This document shows positions 29,514 through 38,420 of a stretch of 64,000 nucleotides of DNA, in pieces (position 1 is the first letter of the stretch; each line of letters starts with the position of its first letter). Below the pieces are notes generated by a model, which searched no databases, was not told the origin of the DNA, and worked only from the letters and a program-made list of their open reading frames with translations. This DNA comes from Planctomycetota bacterium. GTDB taxonomy: Bacteria > Planctomycetota > GCA-002687715 > CAIWVZ01. Position numbers and translations under genes: made by a program. The stretch covers positions 1 to 64,000 of the forward strand of contig JBGANV010000009.1 in the NCBI GenBank assembly GCA_044222185.1, read 5' to 3'.

Positions 29514-32474
29514 TCACTGCAGGTCGAGCTCGAGGCGGTAGTTCGTCGCCGAAGCCGAGGTCGGGACGAAGCGGACCTTCGAGTAGTAGATCGTGTGCGA
29601 GGCGAGGTCGAAGTTGTCGCCCGCACCAGTGAACTGCTCGAACATCGCGGCGTTCGTGCCGGAGTAGGCCTCGCCGTTCTTCGAGAGGTCGATCTCGGTC
29701 GCGGTGCTGATGTTGTTGCCGGGCGAGATGCCGACGATCGCGTCCTGGAGGCTGCAATCGAGGTACTCGATGCGGATCGAGTTGTCGGCGCCGAGCGTGA
29801 GGCGGATCGTGTTCGCGCCAGTCGCTCCGAACTCGGGGACGTTGATCCATTCCGCGACGAACTCGGGGAGCGGGCCACCGACCAACCGCGTGCGGACGAT
29901 CGGGGCGCCCTGCGAGCCGGTCTGGTGCGGTCCCAGGTCGTCCCACAGCGCGCAGATCTTGGGCGCACCTGCGAGCAGCCCCGCCACGCTCTCGGAGAAC
30001 GTGCCGTGCGCCGCGCCGAAGGACACGTTGCCGTTCATGTTCAGGTACAGCGACGTGTAGTCCACGCCGTAGTAACGGAAGGTGAAGGGCAGGTTGATGG
30101 CGATGCTGCCATCGTCCGACGGAGTCTGGACGGTCGGAGCCGGCCAGAACTTGAACGTGTGGACCTCGCTGACCTCCTTGACGGTGTCCGGGTAGGCCGG
30201 GTCGAACGTGAAGCCCACGTGGTAAAGCTCGTACCCGATGAGGAACGCGGCGTTCGGGATCGCCATCCGGTTCGAGAAGGTGATGCCGCCAGAGCTGAGC
30301 GTGCCCGTGAATCCGTACCAGAACCAGGTCGGGCCACCGGTGAGGGTGTCGAACCACAGGTTGGTCCAGATGTCCGGCTCGAGCGGGGACCACGTCTGAT
30401 CCGAGAAGCCGAAGCCGTTGCCGAGCGTCGCGCTCGGGACGCACATGTAGGCCGCGCTCGGGCTGTTCGGCGCGATGAAGTCCATGTAGTAGGCGGTGTC
30501 ACCGATCGTCGAGCCCGACGTGGCGCTCGTCTCCGGCGACCATTCGCGCAGCGTGAACTCGGACGTGTCCGCGTACTTCTGGCTCCAAGCCAAACCGACG
30601 AACTCGCTCGTTCCGTTGAAGCGGTAGTCGTTGACGGCCACCGAGTACCAACCCGTCGACGGCGGCGTGAACTCGACGAGCTCGTAGTTGTTGTTGAACG
30701 ACGCGGACCCGCCGAAGTAGGTGCCGCTCGTCTGGCTGACGCCTGCGTAGATGTAGATGTCCAGGTCGGCGTTCAGGACGTTGGTCGTGTACGCGGCGTT
30801 CGCCTGCGAATCCCAGCTGAAGCAGACGCGCGTGCGGTCGCCGCCCTTCAGATAGATGTTGTAGACGTAGTACCCGTTCGTGGAGAAGCTCGTCGTGGAC
30901 AGCGACGTTCCGGTCACGCGGCCAGCGAGCGACGCACGGTAGGCGGCAAGGCCGTTGAGACCGCCAGCGCCATCCTTGTCCGAGTTCTGCGTCGAGCCTT
31001 CGATGTTGTGCCACGCGGTGGCCATCATGAGTGCCATCGCCGCTTCGGGGTAGCCGATGATCGTTCCGTTGTTCACCATGGCGTTGGCGAGATTGCCGCT
31101 CGCGTGAGGCGCGGCGAAGCTCGTGCCGTCGTAGTTGTCCGTGAGCCACGTCGGGGCCTGGCCGAGCGTGTCCACGTCCTGGCCGTTGGCGGCGAGGTTC
31201 GGCTTGTTGCAGCCCGTTCCCGGGTTGCGCCACGACGAGAAGCTGCTCATGACGTCGCCCGTGTAGTCACCGTTTCCGCCGTCCGTGTGGCTGCCGATGG
31301 TGAGGACGTTCCAGGCAGTGCCCGGCGATCCCACCCACTCGCTTCCGACGGAGTTGCCGTCGTTGCCGGCGGCCGCCACGTACGAGTCGGCGTAGACGCG
31401 CGACTGGTAATCGAAGTAGCGATCGAGGTACTGCATGGCGCCCGAGTAGTTGCCACCGAAGGACATGCTCGTGATGTCCATGTTGTTCGTGGCGATCCAG
31501 TCGGCTGCTGCCGTGACGTTCGTGTCGCTGTACGTCGTCGCATTCGCGCTGAAGAGCGACACGTCCGGCGCCGAGCCGAGGCGGGAAGCGAGCTGCGAGG
31601 CGACGCAGCCCGACGTGCCGTGGATGTGGTTGTCCGGGTCAGGCGTGCCCGGGTTGAACCAACCGGCGATGTTCAGGTACGGGCACGCCGGATCGACGCC
31701 GTTGTCCTCGAGCATCGCGACGCGGATCCCGCGACCACGCACGCCGTAGTCGTGCACGCGGTCCGTGCGGTGGGTCTTGTTCGCGTCGAGGTTGTCGTCC
31801 TTGCGGTTGCTCGTCTCGAGATAGACGGTGTCGACCTCGGGAAGGCTCGCGACCATGAAGATCGCTTCCTTCTCGACGGTCGCGAAAACCACCGGCGCCG
31901 TCGTCGAAACGGAGCGGATCCGGAGCGCGCCGCCGGCACCGCGAGTGAACTCCGACGTGACTCGCTGCGCTTCGGCCATCATCAGCGGTGTGAAGCGCTT
32001 CTCGATCTCCCGGACGGTGTTCGCCGTCTTGTCGCTGGCGTCGATCTCGCGCGACATCTGCGCGCGCAGTCCGTCGACCGCGGCTGGATCCTGCACGAGC
32101 CACAGCACGACATCCACCGGGCCCGTTCGCGGGCTCGCGATGAGCTGCGTGAGAGCCTCGTCGAGCTTCGCCGCGGGGTTCGCCGCGCGAAGCGCGGTCT
32201 CGTGGGCGAGCATCGCCGAGACGTCGGCGCGGGTGCCGTCGGCTGCAACGGCGGTTCCAGAAACGCGGCCTGAAGCATCGACGGTCTTCGTCTCGACGAC
32301 CGTCGTTCCCTGGAGGGGGAAGTTCAGCACGCGCTGATCGTGAATCTGGGCAGGCTTTGCAGGCGCGGCGACGGGCTGCTGCGCTGCCGTCATGCTGCAG
32401 ACGAGCGCCAGAGCGGCCACCAGGGCCTTGGCGCGACGAATGGCTGATCGTGTCATTGCGTTCCTCTTGGTCAT
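29514..32474 (-). CDS. secreted S8 (subtilase) peptidase with accessory beta domains and C-terminal NIDO-like domain
   Basis: Signal peptide and propeptide, VAMLEDNG, NHIHGTSG, AAAGNDG, KPNLAANG, GTSFAAPH; DDGS..I.LPF.F.YYG..Y....NGNVSF. Confidence 0.88.
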   Translation of the reverse strand: MTKRNAMTRSAIRRAKALVAALALVCSMTAAQQPVAAPAKPAQIHDQRVLNFPLQGTTVVETKTVDASGRVSGTAVAADGTRADVSAMLAHETALRAANPAAKLDEALTQLIASPRTGPVDVVLWLVQDPAAVDGLRAQMSREIDASDKTANTVREIEKRFTPLMMAEAQRVTSEFTRGAGGALRIRSVSTTAPVVFATVEKEAIFMVASLPEVDTVYLETSNRKDDNLDANKTHRTDRVHDYGVRGRGIRVAMLEDNGVDPACPYLNIAGWFNPGTPDPDNHIHGTSGCVASQLASRLGSAPDVSLFSANATTYSDTNVTAAADWIATNNMDITSMSFGGNYSGAMQYLDRYFDYQSRVYADSYVAAAGNDGNSVGSEWVGSPGTAWNVLTIGSHTDGGNGDYTGDVMSSFSSWRNPGTGCNKPNLAANGQDVDTLGQAPTWLTDNYDGTSFAAPHASGNLANAMVNNGTIIGYPEAAMALMMATAWHNIEGSTQNSDKDGAGGLNGLAAYRASLAGRVTGTSLSTTSFSTNGYYVYNIYLKGGDRTRVCFSWDSQANAAYTTNVLNADLDIYIYAGVSQTSGTYFGGSASFNNNYELVEFTPPSTGWYSVAVNDYRFNGTSEFVGLAWSQKYADTSEFTLREWSPETSATSGSTIGDTAYYMDFIAPNSPSAAYMCVPSATLGNGFGFSDQTWSPLEPDIWTNLWFDTLTGGPTWFWYGFTGTLSSGGITFSNRMAIPNAAFLIGYELYHVGFTFDPAYPDTVKEVSEVHTFKFWPAPTVQTPSDDGSIAINLPFTFRYYGVDYTSLYLNMNGNVSFGAAHGTFSESVAGLLAGAPKICALWDDLGPHQTGSQGAPIVRTRLVGGPLPEFVAEWINVPEFGATGANTIRLTLGADNSIRIEYLDCSLQDAIVGISPGNNISTATEIDLSKNGEAYSGTNAAMFEQFTGAGDNFDLASHTIYYSKVRFVPTSASATNYRLELDLQ

Positions 32475-32773
32475 GGGACGTGGGGGAATTCAGTCCCGGG
32501 GCGCCAACCGCGACCCGGGTGTCCAACTCACATGGACCAGAGCGTCCACGCCGGAATGAAAGTGACAGCGGCCGGTCGGTGAGTGTCGCCGGGGCGGCGG
32601 AGGTCGGTGTCGACTCAGCCACGCCTCGTTTCCGCGTAATGACTTATGGCGATCATGTCGACGGCGTAGATCGGTCGAATGCGCGTTCCCGATGCTGTCC
32701 GCCCTCGGCGCGGACCTGCAGGATTTGCGGATGACGCGGATGCGGGGACGGACCCTGCAACAATTGCCGCCAC

Positions 32774-33583
32774 GTGAACGACGAGATCCCACCGCCACCG
32801 TCCCCTGACCTCCCGCTCCGCAACCTGAAGCTCGTCATCTCCTATGACGGCACGGCGTATCACGGGTGGGAAACGCAGAAGAACGGCCTTGCCGTCCAGG
32901 AAGTGATCGAGGCGGCGATCCGACGCATCACCGGCGAGAGCGCGGCGATCGAGGGCTCGGGCCGAACCGACGCGGGAGTCCACGCGCTCGCTCAGGTCGC
33001 GAGCTTCACCCTTCGCAACCCGATCCATCCGCGGAAGCTCCTGCTGGCGCTGAACGCCGTACTCCCTGACGACGTCGCCATCGTGGAAGTCAGCGAAGTG
33101 CCGCCGGGATTCCACGCCCGTTTCTCCGTGACGGCGAAGACGTATCGCTATACGATCCTCAACGACCGCGCTCGGCGCCCTCTGCTTCGCGCGACGAGCT
33201 ACCACTTCCCGCAGCCGCTCGACGTCGAGCGCATGCGCGCGGCCGCCGAGCATCTCGTCGGAACGCACGACTTTCGCGCCTTCGCGAAAGAGGCGGCGCG
33301 CAGGAAGAACTGCGTGCGGACGATCTTTCGTGCCGACATCCGCCGGGATGGTCCGCTCATCCACTGCGAGTTCACCGGCAGCGGGTTCCTCTACAACATG
33401 ATCCGGATCCTCGTCGGGACGCTGATCGACGTGGGGCTCGGTCGCCGCAGGCCTGAGTCGTTCGCCGATCTCGTCGAAGGTCGCGGTCGCGCAGACGCCG
33501 GGTTCACCGTGCCGGCATGTGGGCTGTGCCTCGTCGACGTCCAATACGACTCGACCGAACCGTTACGCCCCAAGCACCTTTGA
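32774..33583 (+). CDS. truA: tRNA pseudouridine(38-40) synthase
   Basis: YDGT.YHGW, GRTDAGVHA, FHARF, GFLYNMIR. Confidence 0.96.
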   Translation: MNDEIPPPPSPDLPLRNLKLVISYDGTAYHGWETQKNGLAVQEVIEAAIRRITGESAAIEGSGRTDAGVHALAQVASFTLRNPIHPRKLLLALNAVLPDDVAIVEVSEVPPGFHARFSVTAKTYRYTILNDRARRPLLRATSYHFPQPLDVERMRAAAEHLVGTHDFRAFAKEAARRKNCVRTIFRADIRRDGPLIHCEFTGSGFLYNMIRILVGTLIDVGLGRRRPESFADLVEGRGRADAGFTVPACGLCLVDVQYDSTEPLRPKHL

Positions 33584-33671
33584 GGGTTTGCATGAAAAGC
33601 CGCGGATCGGTGAAGCGGCGGTGCGCGAATCCAGAACGGGCATCAGTGGCGCGCGATCCGGAGACGACCCC

Positions 33672-33677
33672 TATAAT
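33672..33677 (+). promoter_or_regulatory. candidate -10 box for hpf
   Basis: Perfect TATAAT in GC-rich DNA about 60 nt upstream of the hpf start. Confidence 0.45.
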
Positions 33678-33735
33678 CAGCTGCTCACCTGGCGGGGCCC
33701 GGTGGGCATCGGCAAACCGTCGAAAGGAGCCACAC

Positions 33736-34035
33736 GTGGAGATCACCGTCACCTGCCGGCATTCCGGGATCACGCCGAGCATGAAGTCGTATGCGCAGGA
33801 GAAGGTGCAGAAGGTCACGCGGATTTTTGATCGCCTGACTTCAGCTCAGATCACATTGGATCACGATGGGGCCCTGCATCGGGCCGAAGTGAACGTTCAC
33901 GCTCCGTCAGGGCAGACGGTCGTCGCACACGCGACGTCCGCGAGCATGTTCAGCGCGCTCGACGAGATCGAGAGTCGGCTCGAGAACCAGTTGCGCAAGC
34001 TGAAGAGCCGGATCGTGGAGCGCCGGCACCAATGA
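33736..34035 (+). CDS. hpf: ribosome hibernation promoting factor (short HPF/RaiA)
   Basis: I.VT.RH..IT.SM..YA.EK; MFSALD....LE.QLRK.K; AAGGAG RBS before GTG. Confidence 0.92.
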   Translation: MEITVTCRHSGITPSMKSYAQEKVQKVTRIFDRLTSAQITLDHDGALHRAEVNVHAPSGQTVVAHATSASMFSALDEIESRLENQLRKLKSRIVERRHQ

Positions 34036-34334
34036 ACGACGCCTGATGGCAGGACCGTGGCGCGTCACACGATGCGCCACCTTGCGACCCCGGATGCCTC
34101 GCGGCGTTCCGGGGTCGTGTCGTTCCGGGGGTGTTCGTCTGGCGTTTCGGCAACGCGCGTGTTGCCTTAACGGGGCGTCGCCTGGGACCGGCGCGGCTGG
34201 CCACGCAATTCCACGCCCTGCCCCGCGCGCAACGGTCGGGATTCGGGCGCCCGGGCCGCCGCTCGATGCGGCACGGAGTGTGCATTGGCGGCGGAGCGTC
34301 CCCACCCCACAGACCGCACACGCCGGAGCCCGCC

Positions 34335-36527
34335 GTGAACACATCGCGCCTCGTCTCATTCGCCCTGTCAGCCGCGACCCTCGCCGCCGCCGCTGCGGGG
34401 CAGCTCTCGGGTCCCATCAAGCTCTACTCCAACCCCACCTGGTCCAACTGGACCACCGTCCCGTGCCAGGTGATGCCGACGCCGGCAATCAACAACGAGG
34501 CGGCGGACGATTTCGTCGTGAACGGCACGATCATGCGCGTGCTCGCCAACGGCTCTGGATGCTTGACCTGCGGCACCGTCAACGGAGTCTGGGTCCGGTT
34601 CTATGCGTGGAACAACGGCGCCGTCGGAGCGCTGCAGCACGAGCAGTTCGTCGCTTCGACGGACCCGCGCCTCCTCCTCGGCAACTCCTCCACGTCGGCC
34701 ATCGAGGTGACGCTCCCGATCCCGTTCGTCGCCAGCGGTCACCACTTCATCTCGGTTCAGGCGAGCTTCAACCCGGGAGGGACGTGGGGCATGTGGAGCG
34801 CGGATTTGAACTCGCCCCAAGGCTCGGCGGTGAAGGTCCGCACGAACGGCGGCGCCTGGGGTCCATACAACCAGATCTTCGGCGGCGTGCTGAACGCCGA
34901 CATCGACTTCGAGCTGTGGGGCATTCCCAACGTCATCCCGCCGCAGCCGGCGGTGGGACCGTGCGGGACCTGGTCGAATCTTGCGGCCACGTGGCCACAG
35001 GGGACGACGCGGTCGCTGGTCCGTGCCATGCGCGTGATCGGATCTGGCGATGCATGGCTCGTCGGCGAGTCCGACCTGAACCCCAACGGCAACATCGAGA
35101 CGTTCTCCATGGCGCAGCACTGGGACGGCGCCCGGTGGAATCTCGTTCCGACGCCGTCGCCGGCGCCCGCGCCCGGCCTGACCAACTGCGCGCTCTTCGC
35201 CGTCGACGGAACGTCGAGCAGCGATGCCTGGGCGGGTGGCTGGCAGAACATGGTCGTGAATGGCGGGTGGACCGGACAGCAGCTCCTCACGATGTACTGG
35301 GACGGGAACCAGTGGACCGTCGTTCCCGCGCCGCTGCCGACGACGAACCTCGGCGCGAGCGTCAACGGCGCCTCGGTGCGAAGCATCTCCGCTTCGGCAC
35401 CGAACGACGTCTGGTTCGCCGGCAACTGGGTCGATCTCAACCTCGCCACGTCGTTGACGTCTCATCCCGGGTTGCTGATGCGCTGGAACGGGTCGAGCTT
35501 CCAACGGTTCACTCCGCCGATCGTCTCGGGAGCGAGCGGTCAGGCCTTCGCTTCGATCAAGGCGTTGGCGCCGACCGACGTCTGGGCCGTGGGCTCTGCG
35601 ACGAACGGAACCAACTCGCCGGCCGTCGTGTTCCACTGGAACGGGACGTCCTGGACGAACATGCCGCCGCCGAATCCGTATCCGGGCTACTTCATCAACT
35701 ACCGCCAGGTGACGGCGCGCTCGATCACGGACGTCTGGGCGCTTGGCGAGGCGTCGAACATGGTCCCGGGCCAGGGTGGCACGTTCCTCTCGCATTGGAA
35801 CGGCAGCGCGTGGTCGACGGTCCAGGGCCCGGCCTGGTCGTCGACCACCGGCCCCCTCGCGCAGATCCACCTGGACCCGACCGGTGACATCTTCGCCATC
35901 GGGACCGGGGTGTGGCGCTACCACTCCGGAGCCTGGACGCAGATCGAAGCCTTCCCGACCGTCTCAGGGCTGGGACTCAGTTCCATCGATTCGTCCGGGC
36001 CCTGCGAGCTCTGGGTTGCGGGTGGGCAGCAACTGGCACTGCAACCGATGCCTTACGCCGCTCGCACGAACGCGCCCGGCCTGTGGAGCACACGGACGCG
36101 GCTTTCCTGCACCACGCTCGGCGCGCCGGCACTCCTGACCCGCGTGACGCCGCCGCTCGTGAACTCGGTCTTCACGGTGGCGGCCGCCGACGCACAGAAC
36201 TTCCTCAACGCCCCTGGGGGCGTGGCCCAGGCCATCTGGGTGATCGCCGCTCCGTGGGCCACCGCGGCCGGCTGCGGTGCGGCGTATCCGACGGGTGGCG
36301 TGGGCGGTGGAGCCGGCGAGCTCCTGATCGATCCCAACGCGCTCCTCGTCGCCATGGGGCCGACGACGGTGAGCGCGGCCGCGCCGACGGCCACGTGGTC
36401 CATCCCGCTTCCGCCGGTCGTGGCGCTGGTCGGCGTCGAGGTCTCCTCGCAGGCGGCCTTCCTGAACGCGGCGTCGCCCGGACAGATGGTCTTCACCAAC
36501 GCGCTGGACATCCACCTGGGTCTGTGA
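34335..36527 (+). CDS. secreted beta-propeller protein (DVW.VG...HW(D/N)G..W repeats)
   Basis: Signal peptide, N-terminal ADDF domain, about 7 blade repeats, C-terminal shared module; GGAG RBS. Confidence 0.75.
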   Translation: MNTSRLVSFALSAATLAAAAAGQLSGPIKLYSNPTWSNWTTVPCQVMPTPAINNEAADDFVVNGTIMRVLANGSGCLTCGTVNGVWVRFYAWNNGAVGALQHEQFVASTDPRLLLGNSSTSAIEVTLPIPFVASGHHFISVQASFNPGGTWGMWSADLNSPQGSAVKVRTNGGAWGPYNQIFGGVLNADIDFELWGIPNVIPPQPAVGPCGTWSNLAATWPQGTTRSLVRAMRVIGSGDAWLVGESDLNPNGNIETFSMAQHWDGARWNLVPTPSPAPAPGLTNCALFAVDGTSSSDAWAGGWQNMVVNGGWTGQQLLTMYWDGNQWTVVPAPLPTTNLGASVNGASVRSISASAPNDVWFAGNWVDLNLATSLTSHPGLLMRWNGSSFQRFTPPIVSGASGQAFASIKALAPTDVWAVGSATNGTNSPAVVFHWNGTSWTNMPPPNPYPGYFINYRQVTARSITDVWALGEASNMVPGQGGTFLSHWNGSAWSTVQGPAWSSTTGPLAQIHLDPTGDIFAIGTGVWRYHSGAWTQIEAFPTVSGLGLSSIDSSGPCELWVAGGQQLALQPMPYAARTNAPGLWSTRTRLSCTTLGAPALLTRVTPPLVNSVFTVAAADAQNFLNAPGGVAQAIWVIAAPWATAAGCGAAYPTGGVGGGAGELLIDPNALLVAMGPTTVSAAAPTATWSIPLPPVVALVGVEVSSQAAFLNAASPGQMVFTNALDIHLGL

Positions 36528-36657
36528 CGTCTGGCAGGCCTTCGGGCGTTGCGTCTGGTGGTGGCGCCACATACCGTGACGCCGCTGCCTTGCCGCGGCT
36601 GCCGACGCACTGGCGTGATTCGGCGACGCGACCGAGAACACGGCCCGGACCGACGCA

Positions 36658-37131
36658 ATGGACCTGGAAAGCCTGCTCCCGACCCGCATTGCCCTCAACG
36701 ATCTGAAGGTGACCGATGCCGCTGGCGCGTTCCAACACGTCGCCGAGGCTCTGGCTGCCGCCACGATCATCGCCTCTGCTGACGTGACCTTCGTCGCCGA
36801 CGCCTTCGTCGACCGCGAGAAGAAGGGATCGACGGCGCTGGGCTTCGGCATGGCCGTGCCGCACATCTTCTTCGAGCGGGTGGCGACGCCGCACCTCGTG
36901 GTGGCGAAGTTGGGCACGACGGTCGACTTCCGCGCCGTCGACGGCCGCCCTGTGAACCTCCTGTTCTGCCTGATCTCGCCCGAGTCGGCCCGCCCCGCCT
37001 ACCTCCACATCCTCGGGTCGGTGGCACGCGTCGCGCGCGACAAGGACTGGCGGCGCTACATCGAGCGCTCCGCGACCGCAGGACAGGTCTACGACGCCCT
37101 GATCAAGGGCGACAAGTCGCTCGCGCGCTGA
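36658..37131 (+). CDS. ptsN: PTS EIIA (fructose/Ntr family)
   Basis: RE..GSTALG.G.AVPH phospho-His motif; VDF.AVDG.PV. Confidence 0.88.
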   Translation: MDLESLLPTRIALNDLKVTDAAGAFQHVAEALAAATIIASADVTFVADAFVDREKKGSTALGFGMAVPHIFFERVATPHLVVAKLGTTVDFRAVDGRPVNLLFCLISPESARPAYLHILGSVARVARDKDWRRYIERSATAGQVYDALIKGDKSLAR

Positions 37132-37138
37132 GGACGGA

Positions 37139-38128
37139 GTGGACGAGCCGCTTCCCGCATCGACACGCGTGACCGTGATCGGTGGTGGTACGGGAATCTC
37201 GCCCTGCCTCTCCGGCATCAAGCACCTGACCGAGCTGGTGACGGCGATCGTCACCGTCGCGGACGACGGCGGTTCGTCCGGGCGGTTGCGGAAGGACTAC
37301 GACATGCTTCCGCCCGGCGACATCCGCAACTGCCTGGTCGCGTTGTCCTCCGCCGAACCCCTGCTCGCCGACCTCTTCAACTACCGCTTCGACGACGCCC
37401 TCCTTCGTGGGCACTCGTTCGGGAACCTCTTCCTCGCCGTTCTCACGAAGCTCACGGGCGACTTCCGCCAGGCGATCGAGCGGGCGCGGATGATCCTCGA
37501 CGTGCGAGGCGTCGTCCTTCCATCCACCACCCAGAGAGTCGTGCTCGTCGCCGAGCATCCGGATGGGACCAAGTCCACGGGCGAACAGTGGATCTCACGC
37601 AGCCAGAAGGCGATCGTGCGACTCCATCTGCGCCCCACGCCGCCCCCGATCTCGTCGGAGATCCGTGCGGCCGTCGAGGACGCCGATCTCCTCGTCATCG
37701 GGCCGGGAAGCCTCTTCACGAGCATCGTCCCGAACCTCCTGGTTCCCGGGATGTGCGCGGCCATCGAGGCGTGCAAGGGGCGCGTCGTCCACGTCGCGAA
37801 CCTCGTCACACAGCCGGGGGAGACGGACGGATTCGACCTCGAGCGCCACGTTCGCGCGATCCAGGAGATCGGCGGGCTGAAGCGCCTCGACATGGTGCTC
37901 GCCCACCGCGGGGACATCCCGGCGGCCATCGTCGATCGTTACAAGGCCTCGGGTGCCGAGGTCCTTCGCGCGCCCCCGCTCGGTGAGCGGATCTGTGGCA
38001 TCCCGATCGTCGGGGCCAACCTGGCACACGAAACCGAGGACCATCGCCTGCGCCACCACAGCTACCGGCTTGCCGAGGAGCTCCGACGGGTCTGCCAGGG
38101 CGTTCATGACGGAGCCCGCAATGGCTGA
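37139..38128 (+). CDS. yvcK: UDP-GlcNAc-binding gluconeogenesis factor YvcK/GlmR
   Basis: IGGGTG, VADDGGSSGRLR, PPGDIRN, GHSFGNL, GPGSLFTS. Confidence 0.93.
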   Translation: MDEPLPASTRVTVIGGGTGISPCLSGIKHLTELVTAIVTVADDGGSSGRLRKDYDMLPPGDIRNCLVALSSAEPLLADLFNYRFDDALLRGHSFGNLFLAVLTKLTGDFRQAIERARMILDVRGVVLPSTTQRVVLVAEHPDGTKSTGEQWISRSQKAIVRLHLRPTPPPISSEIRAAVEDADLLVIGPGSLFTSIVPNLLVPGMCAAIEACKGRVVHVANLVTQPGETDGFDLERHVRAIQEIGGLKRLDMVLAHRGDIPAAIVDRYKASGAEVLRAPPLGERICGIPIVGANLAHETEDHRLRHHSYRLAEELRRVCQGVHDGARNG

Positions 38129-38420
38129 AGCAACTTCCGGAGAAAAACGAGCCGCCCGAGTGACGAAGATCGTGAACAAGCAGGGGTGGCATGCGCGCCC
38201 GTCGGCGCTCGTCGTGAAAACGGCGAACAAGTTCAAGTCGCGCCTGCAGATCACGATCAACGGCGAAACGGCCAACGGGAAGAGCATCATGGAGGTGATC
38301 ATGCTCGCGTCTCCGCTCGGGACCGAGGTCCTGATCGAAGCCTTCGGCGACGACTCCGAGGAGGCCGTCGCGGCGATCATGTCGTTGGTCGAGTCCGGGT
38401 TCGGCGAAGAGCTGGCGTGA
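38121..38420 (+). CDS. ptsH: phosphocarrier protein HPr
   Basis: N..GWHARP (His15) and GKSIM (Ser46). Confidence 0.93.
   Translation: MAEATSGEKRAARVTKIVNKQGWHARPSALVVKTANKFKSRLQITINGETANGKSIMEVIMLASPLGTEVLIEAFGDDSEEAVAAIMSLVESGFGEELA

Noticed and set aside
33647-33665. Sigma54 promoter for hpf
   Set aside because: TGGCGC is present but there is no TGC at -12; TATAAT is the better explanation.
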